From the NCBI GenBank assembly GCA_016929065.1, contig JAFGJO010000009.1:106730-170729 (forward strand): DNA of 64,000 bases, written 5' to 3'. The stretch comes from Spirochaetales bacterium. GTDB taxonomy: Bacteria; Spirochaetota; Spirochaetia; SZUA-6; RPPD01. Every line of letters starts with the position of its first letter. Positions within the stretch are counted from its first letter, which is position 1. The notes beneath the pieces are model-generated. The model did not search any database. It was not told the origin of the DNA and was given only the letters and a program-made list of their open reading frames with translations. The position numbers and the translations under genes are program-made. Shown piece by piece: positions 35,604-45,482 of the stretch.

Positions 35604-36950
35604 TTGAGTAAACCGAAACATACCACATTCACTGGGGTTTTTTTAAAAGATACTGTTCATTCTACTCTTCTGAATATTGCTGGACGAAGTGTCGGATTTT
35701 TTATTCCGTTTTTTGTCGCAGCCTGGTTTGGCGTATCCGTCGGGATGGATGCGTTTTATATTGCATTCGGAGTTATCCTTTTTTTGTCGAATATATTTTT
35801 TTCCACCATTTCCAGTGTCATAGTCCCTGCGCTTGCGGGGATGCAGTCGAACAGGGGAGAAGAAGAAAAATTTATTGGTTCTCTCTTTGTGTCGAGTTCT
35901 GCGCTGTTTGTCGTTGTACTGGCGTTTTGTGTCTTTATCTGGACAGGGTTGGGGCTGGCCTTTCCTGATATCAAATCAGGTTTTTTAACCAGTATTTTTG
36001 TATACATTCTTGAAATGATCCCTCTTGGGCTGTTTGTTGTGTGGGGCGGGATCATGGAGGGAATTTTTTTTTCCCGAAAGGTGTTCCATTTGCCTCCCCT
36101 GTCTCTGCTGATTCGAAGCGCTCTCATTATTGCCTGCATTTTTTTTATGAAAGATATTTTTGGTATCCATGCAATCGGGATCGGATATATTGCCGGTGAG
36201 GGGATCCGCTTCCTTTTTTTACTCATCGCCTCACGAATCAGAAAGTTGTCGGCTGTTGTTTTCGGATTTCATTTGTCAGAGAATTTCAGAATATTTTTAA
36301 GAACGGCGATTTTTCAGATTATCGGTATCACCGCACGGGCATTCCTTCCGGTTATTGACCAGGTTATGGCATCGTTTATTGGCAGGGAAGGGAGTGTGTC
36401 CCTGCTTTATTATACAGACAGGCTTTTTAATATTCCGGTAATTTTTTTGTCAAGCGGCCTGATGGTGACGCTGTTATCTTATTGGAGCAGTGATTATGCT
36501 ACTATTCCAGAGCATTCATTACGGAAAGATATGAATAAGGTCATTCGTGTTGTTTCTGTAATCGGTACTCTCCTTACCGCCGCAGTCGTTTTTCTGTCGG
36601 GATACTTTGTTCCTCTTATTTACGGTTATGGAAAAATGACCGCGGAGGATATTGATACGATCAAGAGCCTTCTTGTATTGTATTTTATTGGCTTTACACC
36701 GGCTATGGCAAGTCAGATATTTGCCCGTGCATTTACTGTCATGGGAAAAACGAAATACATCATGATTACTGCGCTTGTGTTGTTTGTTGTCAATATTCTG
36801 GGGAATCTGATTTTAATTCAGTTTATTGGAATTTACGGTATCGCTCTTTCAACCAGCATTGTCACATGCACCGGTGCCGCAGTACAGGGGGTATTATTTT
36901 ACCGGCTGACGAAAATCAGAATGATAAAATCATATAAATTTGTGAAATGA
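35604..36950 (+). CDS. MurJ/MviN-family (MOP superfamily) flippase, short paralog
   Basis: 448 aa, about 12-14 TM segments. The N-terminal pattern STLLNIAGRSVGFFIPFFVAAWFGVSVGMDAFYIAF resembles the MurJ signature. TTG start with no clear RBS, so the start is uncertain. Confidence 0.7.
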   Translation: MSKPKHTTFTGVFLKDTVHSTLLNIAGRSVGFFIPFFVAAWFGVSVGMDAFYIAFGVILFLSNIFFSTISSVIVPALAGMQSNRGEEEKFIGSLFVSSSALFVVVLAFCVFIWTGLGLAFPDIKSGFLTSIFVYILEMIPLGLFVVWGGIMEGIFFSRKVFHLPPLSLLIRSALIIACIFFMKDIFGIHAIGIGYIAGEGIRFLFLLIASRIRKLSAVVFGFHLSENFRIFLRTAIFQIIGITARAFLPVIDQVMASFIGREGSVSLLYYTDRLFNIPVIFLSSGLMVTLLSYWSSDYATIPEHSLRKDMNKVIRVVSVIGTLLTAAVVFLSGYFVPLIYGYGKMTAEDIDTIKSLLVLYFIGFTPAMASQIFARAFTVMGKTKYIMITALVLFVVNILGNLILIQFIGIYGIALSTSIVTCTGAAVQGVLFYRLTKIRMIKSYKFVK

Positions 36951-37042
36951 GTAAGAATATTATTATATTTAGTATATTGGAGAGGAGAATAGTTCATCGA
37001 ATATTTTGCAAATTTGGCGAAATGGATGTACAATAACATTAG

Positions 37043-38245
37043 ATGATGAAACAAAAGCTTTTTTTTGTACTTATTTGTGTGTTCGCGTCCCCGTTTTTGG
37101 TCTTTTCGCTTGAGGTGAAAGCCGGGAATACCAAAATTGACCTCTATGAGGACCTGGGGAGGTTTAACATTTCTTCGATGATTAATGAGGAAGAAGAATC
37201 TTTTTATTATTTTCTGGATTCAAAAGACAGAAGAACCTCGCTGGTCAGTATTAAAATAGACAATACAATCCACATTCTTGGAGAAAGCCCGGGTTTTGAA
37301 GGCCAGGCAGAGGAAACCGGTTTTGGTGCACGTTATGTATGGTATTCGCGTGACGTTCTTGTTATCGAGGAGTTTACCATTATTTCTGCATCGGAGGTCA
37401 TGTTTTCGCTTTTTATCGCAAATGTTTCCGGCCGTGATTTGAAAATCGGAGCAGTATACTTATTCGACACTTACCTGGGCGAAAGCAGCCCGTCGCATTT
37501 TCAGACTGATCTGGGTACCGGTGTGGTTTCTGAAACAGTGCATACAAAGCAGAATCCTGTTGCATATTGGAGTACAACCACTGCATCTGAAAATAATCCC
37601 GAGTTTATTGTGTTTACCCAGGGGAAAGGGATTACCGATCCTGACAGAATTGTATTTGGAAATTTATTCCGGTTAAAGAAGGATTTATGGAAAACCCCGG
37701 TAAAAACAGGCACGCTCCTTCTTGATTCTGCAGTTGGACAATATTATGATCCCGTCCTGGTCAAGGCAAATGAAGAACGTAAAATTGTGTTTGCCCTTCG
37801 AAGTGAGGGATTTGCCCTGGCGTCTGATATCCCGCCCGATACGGACGGGGCGCTTGCAGACAGCGGAAAAAACAAAACATCAACAGATACATCAGGAAAT
37901 ACCGGTGTGAATCCCGCTGATTCAACGAAAAATCCAACTGTAACGGGAAAAGAAAAAGACATTGGGTATGAAAATATGCGGCTCAAAATGAGTTTGCTCA
38001 ACAGCCTGGTGGAAGAGCTGAACCGGCGGCTGGAAGATGGAGCGCAGTATTCTTCAGAAGAACGGGCACGGTTATGGAAACTCCTGGAGCGATTGAGCAC
38101 CATGTCTCCCAAAGAGTATCTGGAACTTGCAGACCAGATGGATCAGGTGAATGCAATTTTGATTTCTATAAACGAAAAATTGAAGCGCGGTGCAATTGTC
38201 TCGGAAAGTGATATCGAAGTTCTTGATGCGCTTCTTCAAAAGTAA
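37043..38245 (+). CDS. Hypothetical secreted protein with C-terminal duplicated helical motif
   Basis: Signal peptide, a beta-rich N-terminal domain, a T/S/N/G-rich linker, then two copies of a ~26-aa motif (LNRRLEDGAQYSSEERARLWKLLERL / INEKLKRGAIVSESDIEVLDALLQK). Confidence 0.65.
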   Translation: MMKQKLFFVLICVFASPFLVFSLEVKAGNTKIDLYEDLGRFNISSMINEEEESFYYFLDSKDRRTSLVSIKIDNTIHILGESPGFEGQAEETGFGARYVWYSRDVLVIEEFTIISASEVMFSLFIANVSGRDLKIGAVYLFDTYLGESSPSHFQTDLGTGVVSETVHTKQNPVAYWSTTTASENNPEFIVFTQGKGITDPDRIVFGNLFRLKKDLWKTPVKTGTLLLDSAVGQYYDPVLVKANEERKIVFALRSEGFALASDIPPDTDGALADSGKNKTSTDTSGNTGVNPADSTKNPTVTGKEKDIGYENMRLKMSLLNSLVEELNRRLEDGAQYSSEERARLWKLLERLSTMSPKEYLELADQMDQVNAILISINEKLKRGAIVSESDIEVLDALLQK

Positions 38246-38317
38246 AATTCCCCATACTTTGATTTAGAAGTCTCCTCTTTATGGCGATAATTAACAAAAT
38301 AATTGTATTTGATATTT

Positions 38318-38346
38318 TTGAATTAATTGCAAAAATGATTTATATT
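38318..38346 (+). promoter_or_regulatory. Candidate sigma70-type promoter for the polysaccharide plus-strand block
   Basis: TTGAAT (38318-38323), 17-nt spacer, TATATT (38341-38346). The predicted TSS is about 11 nt upstream of the GTG at 38364, and AGAGGGA lies in the short leader. Confidence 0.35.
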
Positions 38347-38363
38347 AATGATAAGAGGGATAA

Positions 38364-39821
38364 GTGAGACGGACAATCAGCAAGTTTATTTTGGCATTTT
38401 TCATTCATGGGATTATTTGTATATCTGTCTATGCCGGTATTATTCAAGGGTTGTCATTTACCCTGTTGAGCAATATGAATGCTTCACTTGTATTGTTTAC
38501 TCATATCCTGATTGCGGTTTATTATTTTGTTTTCATCTGGGCTGACCTCTATAAATATGATTATAATTATTTTTTAAGTTTTTCGACCCGTATTATTTTT
38601 CGCAGTCTTGGCTATATGGTTGGCTTTGTTTTTATTTCAATAGCATTTTTCTATTTGCTGGACTATTCATTCTGGAAAGGGAAGATATTTGTTTCATTGC
38701 CAGTTGAACAGTATGTTTTCATGATCATAATCCTGTTATTTATAAACAGTATGTTCTTTTTGTTATTGTATCTTGTAAAGATCCAGTGGATAAGGCATCT
38801 CGTCAGTCTTGGCTATCTGAAGAAAAATACAATCATTTTCGGGAATCCGGATACACGATTTCCTACAGACTACGTGCAGACAGGCAATCCAACAAAATCA
38901 TACAAGGGAACAATTTTCAAGAATGACGGGAGATGGTTTTTCAAGAATGCCGACAACAGGGTACAGATAATTCAGAATTCAAAAATAACGGAGCTTATTT
39001 TCAAACTTCAGATAAGCGAAGTGATAATCTTTCTTTGCCGGGAACTGTCAAAGCATGATATATACCGTCTGGTAGATTGTCTTCGTGAAAACAGTATTTC
39101 TTATTCCCTTGTCCCCGATGTGAAAAAACTGGTACAGCAGAAATTCTGGCAGTCGAGTTTTTCCTATATCCCGGTAATAGAAAGATATTCAACAAACAGG
39201 GATTCATTGACGCAAATCACCATAAAAAGACTGCTTGATATCATTTTCGTTTCTATCTCACTGTTACTGGTTGTTCCCATTGGGTTTGTTTTGGCAATAA
39301 TGATCAAACTTGAAGATGATGGGCCGGTGTTTTATATCAGACACAGGGTGGGAAAAGACGGGAAACTGATCAAATTCCTGAAATTCCGTTCCATGCGGAT
39401 CAATGCCGAGGCGATGAGAGAAAAACTGATGCAGTATAATATCCGGATCGGCGGGCCCTTGTTTAAAATGGAAAATGATCCCCGGATTACCCGGGTCGGC
39501 AGGTTTATCCGGCGGTTCAGTCTAGATGAACTCCCGCAGCTGTTGAATGTCCTGAGGGGAGATATGAGCCTGGTTGGGCCGCGGCCGCATTTAATTTCTG
39601 AAGTAGAAGCTTATAACAGTAATGATTTGCTCCGGCTTGAATGTATACCGGGGATTACCTGTTTTCCGCAGATCTACGGCAGGAGTACCCTGAGCTTTCG
39701 CAGCTGGATTGATCTGGATTTGTCATACAGAAAAAACTGGTCAATCTCTCTTGATATGAAGATTTTATTCAAAAGCATATTAATTGTAGTATCACCTATA
39801 ATCAATAAAACCCTGTACTAG
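38364..39821 (+). CDS. Polyprenyl glycosylphosphotransferase (WbaP/EpsB-type priming sugar transferase)
   Basis: 485 aa with N-terminal TM bundle. C-terminal bacterial sugar-transferase domain KRLLDIIFVSISLLLVVP...DDGPVFY...KFRSM...DPRITRVGRFIRRFSLDELPQLLNVLRGDMSLVGPRP. Confidence 0.9.
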   Translation: MRRTISKFILAFFIHGIICISVYAGIIQGLSFTLLSNMNASLVLFTHILIAVYYFVFIWADLYKYDYNYFLSFSTRIIFRSLGYMVGFVFISIAFFYLLDYSFWKGKIFVSLPVEQYVFMIIILLFINSMFFLLLYLVKIQWIRHLVSLGYLKKNTIIFGNPDTRFPTDYVQTGNPTKSYKGTIFKNDGRWFFKNADNRVQIIQNSKITELIFKLQISEVIIFLCRELSKHDIYRLVDCLRENSISYSLVPDVKKLVQQKFWQSSFSYIPVIERYSTNRDSLTQITIKRLLDIIFVSISLLLVVPIGFVLAIMIKLEDDGPVFYIRHRVGKDGKLIKFLKFRSMRINAEAMREKLMQYNIRIGGPLFKMENDPRITRVGRFIRRFSLDELPQLLNVLRGDMSLVGPRPHLISEVEAYNSNDLLRLECIPGITCFPQIYGRSTLSFRSWIDLDLSYRKNWSISLDMKILFKSILIVVSPIINKTLY

Positions 39822-39846
39822 TGAACAGGCTTTACACCAGGGTTTT
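39807..39846 (+). terminator. Possible weak terminator or attenuating hairpin after the priming transferase
   Basis: AAAACCCTG (39807-39815) pairs with CAGGGTTTT (39838-39846) and is followed by ATTAAT. The 22-nt loop is long and the hairpin overlaps the stop codon, so this is doubtful. Confidence 0.25.
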
Positions 39847-39921
39847 ATTAATGAATAATCGTAAAGATTCTGCCGATTATCAAAATGGACAGGAAAAAGC
39901 AAAAAAAAATGGAATGCTATT

Positions 39922-41145
39922 ATGTACAATGGGATAAATCGCCGGAAAGAAGATGAAGGGATAGACCTTATCCGCATTTTTTTTACGCTGGTTAAATACA
40001 GACTGTTTATTGTCATACTCACTGCCAGCGGGGCTTTGGTAATTTTTTTATATGTGCTCATCACCTCCATATTGCCTCCCGAATCGAGCATGATGCCGGA
40101 TATATACCGGTCACATGCTATTGTATCGATCAATCAGCGTATTTACAGTGATATTTTACAGGCGTTTTTCAGTCCGGCACAAAAAACAAGCCTGGGATCC
40201 GGTTTTAACCTGTTGACCCAGAGTTTCAGTTATGGTGAATACCTTATTAAAATCCTCAAAGGAAAAACCATTCTTGATCTTGTTGGAAAAGAATTTGATA
40301 TGGCAAAACGGTACAAGGTGAGGGCAGACAGAACCGCGAGCATGCGGGATGCCATCCGCAGGCATTTAAGCCTTGAATTCGATGAGAGCACCCTCACTGT
40401 CACAGTGAGTTATGATGATTATGATCCTGATTATGCACAAAAGGTCGTGGACAAATTTGTCGCCCTGCTTGGTGACCGGATCCTGAATCTTAAGGAAGCA
40501 ATGAGTATTGAACAGAGTGCCTTGCTCGACAAAAAACTGGAGGAAGTGCGGCTTCAGGTTTCGTTGATTGAACAGAAGTTGAAAAGGCTTCAAACCAGAT
40601 ATGGTGTCATCGATATTGAAAGTCTGATATCGGAAAAAACAACAATTCTGGCAAATTTACGGTCAGAGTTGATAAAGAACGAAGTTGAGATAAGAACATA
40701 TTCCAATTTTTCTTCGATTGAAGACCCGACCTTGCAGAAACTGAAAGCGGAGCAGGAAAATCTTCGCAGAATGATTGCGGAAATGGAAGCGGGATATATA
40801 AAAGAGACAGGAAGGGATTCAGGCTCGTCGGATATACCGGATATCGTGATTGAATATTCTCACTTGAAGGGCGATTTGGAGATCCACAAGCGGATCTATG
40901 ATATTCTTCTTCAAGAGAATGCATTGGCAAAAATAAGGGTTTCGATCGAGGGTGAAGAACCGATTTTTCAGGTGCTTGAAGGAGCAGATCTGCCGGATAC
41001 AAAAATCGGGCCGAACAGGGCAATGCTTTGTATAATAGGTGCGGGGATGATATTCGGATTGAGTTGTCTTCTTGTACTGCTTTACAACTATTTAAAAAAA
41101 ATTGGATTGTTTCCAATCGATTTTAAAAAGTGGGATAAACAATGA
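39922..41145 (+). CDS. Polysaccharide co-polymerase (Wzz/GumC-like chain-length determinant, no kinase domain)
   Basis: 407 aa. TM helices at both ends (LFIVILTASGALVIFLYVLI; AMLCIIGAGMIFGLSCLLVLLY) flank a coiled-coil-rich periplasmic domain, which is PCP topology. Confidence 0.75.
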   Translation: MYNGINRRKEDEGIDLIRIFFTLVKYRLFIVILTASGALVIFLYVLITSILPPESSMMPDIYRSHAIVSINQRIYSDILQAFFSPAQKTSLGSGFNLLTQSFSYGEYLIKILKGKTILDLVGKEFDMAKRYKVRADRTASMRDAIRRHLSLEFDESTLTVTVSYDDYDPDYAQKVVDKFVALLGDRILNLKEAMSIEQSALLDKKLEEVRLQVSLIEQKLKRLQTRYGVIDIESLISEKTTILANLRSELIKNEVEIRTYSNFSSIEDPTLQKLKAEQENLRRMIAEMEAGYIKETGRDSGSSDIPDIVIEYSHLKGDLEIHKRIYDILLQENALAKIRVSIEGEEPIFQVLEGADLPDTKIGPNRAMLCIIGAGMIFGLSCLLVLLYNYLKKIGLFPIDFKKWDKQ

Positions 41146-42614
41146 AAAAGAAAATTATTTTAGCCATCATCATGCTCGGCGTTACAACTCTGGCATTTTC
41201 TGAAATCAACTCAGCGGGAGCAGGGGATAGTGTTGTTTCAAATGAAAAAAGAATTCTTCTTGCAAATTCAGCGACCGATTACCCGGTAACCCCGGGAGAC
41301 GTGTTTCAGTTGTCATATTATACTGCCAACGGATTACAGCAGTTTGAATTTGTCATCCGGGGAAACTCTTTGACGAATGTTTCTTTCTTTGGAAAAATTG
41401 ATACCACGGGGATGACCTATCTGTCTTTAAGTGAGTTTTTGGAAAAAAAAGTGACTGCTGCATACCGTGACAGCCGTCCGGAATGCAGGCTTGTCGCGAC
41501 GGGTATTTTCTATGTTGTGGTGACCGGGGAGGTAAAAAAAACCGTCCGTGTGGAATGCTGGGGACTGTCACGGCTGGAGGATATTGTCCTGGACTGTGCA
41601 ACCGAATATACATCACTTCGCGAAATAGAAGTAAAGGACAAGGCGGGAAAATCATCGATATATGATCTGTTTCTTGCAGAACGGCTCGGTGACCTTTCTC
41701 AAAATCCCTTTGTCCGGGCAGGTGATACGATTATATTGAAAAAAACTGACCGACGGGTAACACTTGATGGAGAAGTTTTGCGGCCTGGAGTATATCAGCT
41801 GAAGCCAAATGAAGGGTTGAAAGAGCTTGTTTCTCTCTATGGGGACGGAATTACAGAGAGTGGGGATCTTTCGCGCGTGCGGATTGTCAGAAGCAAAGCA
41901 GGAGGGGAGTATTTCGGACAGACCCTCTATGTTGATGCCACCGCGGCGAATTCAGATAAAACATCTTTGGAAAATCTTGATATGATTTTTATACCGGACC
42001 GAATGGAAACGGTACCGGTGGTGTATGTGGAAGGAGCGGTGAAAAATACAAGCAGTACATCCAGTTCGCAAAAGTCCGATTCCGGGAAATTTATTCACCG
42101 CTTTTCAGAGGGGGAGTACGTTTCGACATTAGTGAAAATGCTTGAGAAGGATCTGCTTCCGGATGCAAATTTAAAAGATGCTTATATCATCAGGATTTCT
42201 ACAAATGAAACAATTCCGGTTGACCTGGAACAGCTCGTCTATGGCGGGGTCACAGACACCGATGTTTCATTAAAACCCTATGACCGAGTGATGATCCCGC
42301 TGAGGCAGTTTTTTGTTACGGTGAGCGGAGCGGTCCGTATTCCGGGCCGGTATGCATATGTTCCAAACAGAAACTATCAATACTATCTTAATCTGGCTGG
42401 CGGCACCGACCCGGAAAAAAACTCGGGTGAAAAGGTTTTCATTACGAATGCGAAGGAAGAACCGCAGCCTTTGCATCGTCCGATTGAACCGGAAGATAAA
42501 GTGTATGCCGAATACAATAATGCCCTGTATCATGTGAACCAGTGGAGCTTTGTCATCACCACCGCAGTTTCTGTGACTGCACTGGTGGTGAGTATCATGC
42601 AGCTTTCAAAGTAA
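41142..42614 (+). CDS. Outer-membrane polysaccharide export protein (Wza-like; Poly_export + SLBB repeats)
   Basis: Signal peptide; PVTPGDVFQLSYY (Poly_export); repeated SLBB-like segments (GVYQLKPNEGLKELVSLYGG, VTVSGAVRIPGRYAYVPNRNYQYYLNLAGG); C-terminal hydrophobic helix. ATGA overlap with wzz-like. Confidence 0.75.
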   Translation: MKKKIILAIIMLGVTTLAFSEINSAGAGDSVVSNEKRILLANSATDYPVTPGDVFQLSYYTANGLQQFEFVIRGNSLTNVSFFGKIDTTGMTYLSLSEFLEKKVTAAYRDSRPECRLVATGIFYVVVTGEVKKTVRVECWGLSRLEDIVLDCATEYTSLREIEVKDKAGKSSIYDLFLAERLGDLSQNPFVRAGDTIILKKTDRRVTLDGEVLRPGVYQLKPNEGLKELVSLYGDGITESGDLSRVRIVRSKAGGEYFGQTLYVDATAANSDKTSLENLDMIFIPDRMETVPVVYVEGAVKNTSSTSSSQKSDSGKFIHRFSEGEYVSTLVKMLEKDLLPDANLKDAYIIRISTNETIPVDLEQLVYGGVTDTDVSLKPYDRVMIPLRQFFVTVSGAVRIPGRYAYVPNRNYQYYLNLAGGTDPEKNSGEKVFITNAKEEPQPLHRPIEPEDKVYAEYNNALYHVNQWSFVITTAVSVTALVVSIMQLSK

Positions 42615-42703
42615 TATGTTTTTAAAACAGTATTGAAAAACGAAAGCCGGGGTCCCGCATATCTGTGGGAAAAAAAGTCAGGCTGTAATAGGATTGTAGT
42701 TGT

Positions 42704-44404
42704 ATGAAATATCCAGCCCTTGTGATGCTTCTGTTTATCCTGATTCCATTTCTCTGCTGCGGCCAACAGCACCTTTCGCTCAGTATCGATGATCCATTCT
42801 ACTATCTGATGGAAATTGCGGAAATTAAAAGTGATCAGGGGTTTTTGCCGGCTGCGAAACCGTATTCTATAGCACGATCGCTTTCATTTCTTGATACAAT
42901 GAACAACAGCACGGCCTTTTCCATAAACGAAAAGACAATCATCCGGTCGATGATCTCCCGGCTGACAAATAAAACAATTGGGGCGCATGAGACAAATGTT
43001 TCTGCAAGCGGACCAATGGGGATGTTTTATACCGGGATATGGTTTGAATCGCTTCTGCAGGCCAATTTTAACGATGTATCAGCCTGGCATATGTCCAATG
43101 CATTGCGCTTTTACCTGAAAGGGGATATTTCGGATTTTCTTTCTTATTATGGGGCAGTCGGAATTACCTATGACAAGGTTGGCCCGACATCCTTTGTTCC
43201 CTATGGTTTTACCAAAGAATGGGACGGGTTCCATGCAAATGCGGGTACACCGCGGTACAGCGCCGATGGAATTGAACCGTATCCGTATTTCAGTTTCATT
43301 CTGGAAGATGAAATAACAGCAGAGTTTTTCGATAAAAATCTGCTGATGTCCTTCTCCCGCTTCAGACGTGACTGGAGTATCGGTGACGGTGATCTGCTGC
43401 TTTCCAAAACGGCCCGGCCCTTTCAGGGGGTGGATATACAAGCCCGGCTTGCTCCCTGGGTACAGTTCAGTTACACCCTGGGTTCACTCTCGGATTGGCA
43501 GCGGGAAGAGACTTATGATCCGTTAGACCCTGAAAATCCCAGTTTTCAAAAAATGCTGACGGTACAGATGTTCGAGTTTTTCCCATTCTCCTGGCTGTAT
43601 CTCTCCACCGGTGCCGCAGCGGTATGGGGGAGACGGTTCGACCTGGGGTACATGAACCCCGTGATGTATCCGGTCCTGCATCAGAATATTGGCGGAAATC
43701 ATGATAATGTCATGCTGAATGTGCGGTGTGCGGCAGTCATTCCGGGATGGGCAAAAATATACGGTTCTTTTTTTGCTGATGAAATGGATCTTGAAGATCC
43801 CGGCCGTTTTTTTTCTTCACCGCGTAACATGATGGCAATGCAGGCAGGGATAAAAGTTCCCGTTCCGGGAGTTCCGTTTACTCTGGTGACCATTCAATAT
43901 ACAAAAATTGAACCGTTTGTCTATGCACATTACCCGGAGGCGGGAGTATCAACTACCGAGGGATACCTTGATGTCAGCTACACGAATGACGGTGAAAATC
44001 TTGGATACCGCCTTCAGCCGAATTCCGATGAACTACTGGTAAAAATTGAGTCGCTATTTACACCGGAATGGCATTTTTTATTCTCCTATCAATTAATCCG
44101 GCACGGAACAAATGATGCAGCACTTCTTGCGGGTGCTCCCGCTATATATGGTGATATCAATGAGTATTTTGATTATAACCAGATTGGATTATACCCCGAA
44201 AAAAACTTTCTTGAAGATGGCTATTATGACTGGAACAATATTTTTTCTCTCCAGACATCGTACCGATTTTCGGGTTTTCCCGCGATCATTACTCTTTTCT
44301 ACAATTTTTCTGTAACCGTCTGGGACATGAATTCAACCGGGGTCTCTTCGATTGCCGCCGAATTCCGGAATATTGTGGGAATAAAACTGAAACTGTTTTA
44401 TTAA
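42704..44404 (+). CDS. Wzi-like capsule-assembly outer-membrane beta-barrel protein (tentative)
   Basis: 566 aa. Signal peptide, N-terminal DDPFYYLMEIAEIK helix motif, extensive beta-strand pattern, C-terminal aromatic ending LKLFY. Positioned directly after wza-like. Confidence 0.5.
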   Translation: MKYPALVMLLFILIPFLCCGQQHLSLSIDDPFYYLMEIAEIKSDQGFLPAAKPYSIARSLSFLDTMNNSTAFSINEKTIIRSMISRLTNKTIGAHETNVSASGPMGMFYTGIWFESLLQANFNDVSAWHMSNALRFYLKGDISDFLSYYGAVGITYDKVGPTSFVPYGFTKEWDGFHANAGTPRYSADGIEPYPYFSFILEDEITAEFFDKNLLMSFSRFRRDWSIGDGDLLLSKTARPFQGVDIQARLAPWVQFSYTLGSLSDWQREETYDPLDPENPSFQKMLTVQMFEFFPFSWLYLSTGAAAVWGRRFDLGYMNPVMYPVLHQNIGGNHDNVMLNVRCAAVIPGWAKIYGSFFADEMDLEDPGRFFSSPRNMMAMQAGIKVPVPGVPFTLVTIQYTKIEPFVYAHYPEAGVSTTEGYLDVSYTNDGENLGYRLQPNSDELLVKIESLFTPEWHFLFSYQLIRHGTNDAALLAGAPAIYGDINEYFDYNQIGLYPEKNFLEDGYYDWNNIFSLQTSYRFSGFPAIITLFYNFSVTVWDMNSTGVSSIAAEFRNIVGIKLKLFY

Positions 44405-44490
44405 TCCTGTTTCACATCAGAAAGGATGACCCGCTGCTGCCTGATCAAGTGATTCCATTTAAACAATCATCCATAGAGGATCATTCAGTC

Positions 44491-45462
44491 TCAATTCGAG
44501 GTCTTTGTGTGAGATGAATCTGTTTCTTTTATTAATTCTTCTGCTATAAGATTGCTGAATAAAACTGCCCCGTCATTGTTTAAATGGCCGGGGTCATAAA
44601 ATAATTCAAATTTGTTTAAAAAAAGTTTGTTTTTTGAATAATCAAGAATTTTAATAGTGTATTGATCTGCAATGGAAATCATTTTTTTCATGGAAGGTTC
44701 CGTAACCAGATCATCCCTGTTGACCCATGGCGAGATGACAAAATACAATCCGATATTATTTTTCTTTGCATTCTTAATAAACTCTTCAAATGCCGTTATA
44801 AAATTCAAATCAAAAACACTTCCCTGTTCGGCTGTTTTGTTTTTTGTATTTATATCGGTTTTTGAAATTTTGTTTTTGTCCATTTTCTCATAAAGAGGCA
44901 GATATCCCTTGTCGTCATTTTGGGGGACAAAGAAATATCTGGCTGCATGAACAATGGTTGAATTCATCTGATATGAATTCAACATTAACGGGAAATCAAT
45001 GAACTCTGATTTTATCGAAAGTATTGAGTGTAATTCGTCCCGGTTATTCCAGTAGTATGGATAGAAATCAGCGAGTGTCTCATATGCCTCATCGGATGTA
45101 TACATCCATTCCGGGTCTATATTCAGAATTATTGTCTTTGGTGTATATCTTTTTAAAATCATTCTTTGCAGGGCTGTATGAAAAATAATTTTTTGGCCCT
45201 GGACGCCTGAATTATAACAGGTGATATTCAATTTCTTTTCAAAGATTTCCGGGATAAAATGCCGTATTGCATGAGAGCTTCCCATAATCAACAAATCTGA
45301 CTCATTTTCTGAAATTGAATAGGTTATGCGTGCATATTTTCCTGTTTTTTGTGAAAAGAAAATGTATTTGGCTGCCAAACCCAGTGTGAAATCAATAAAA
45401 AAGAATACTGCAGTCAGGAGGAACAGTCTTTTTAAAAATAAAATCTTTTCTTTCTTTTGCAT
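44491..45462 (-). CDS. SGNH/DltD-like acyl-transfer partner of the MBOAT protein
   Basis: 323 aa with an N-terminal TM anchor. Block-I-like LIMGSSHA and block-V-like DPGHLNNDG (DxxH). Lies 20 nt downstream of the MBOAT gene. Confidence 0.6.
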   Translation of the reverse strand: MQKKEKILFLKRLFLLTAVFFFIDFTLGLAAKYIFFSQKTGKYARITYSISENESDLLIMGSSHAIRHFIPEIFEKKLNITCYNSGVQGQKIIFHTALQRMILKRYTPKTIILNIDPEWMYTSDEAYETLADFYPYYWNNRDELHSILSIKSEFIDFPLMLNSYQMNSTIVHAARYFFVPQNDDKGYLPLYEKMDKNKISKTDINTKNKTAEQGSVFDLNFITAFEEFIKNAKKNNIGLYFVISPWVNRDDLVTEPSMKKMISIADQYTIKILDYSKNKLFLNKFELFYDPGHLNNDGAVLFSNLIAEELIKETDSSHTKTSN

Positions 45463-45482
45463 TTGTCCCTGTCTTGTATATA

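Noticed and set aside
39901-39909. A9 tract 12 nt upstream of the wzz-like start. Similar A/T runs of 8-9 occur elsewhere, e.g. 17575-17585 and 48549-57.
   Set aside because: A/T homopolymers of this length are frequent in this AT-leaning sequence and are much less slippage-prone than G/C tracts. There is no specific evidence of a regulatory role.
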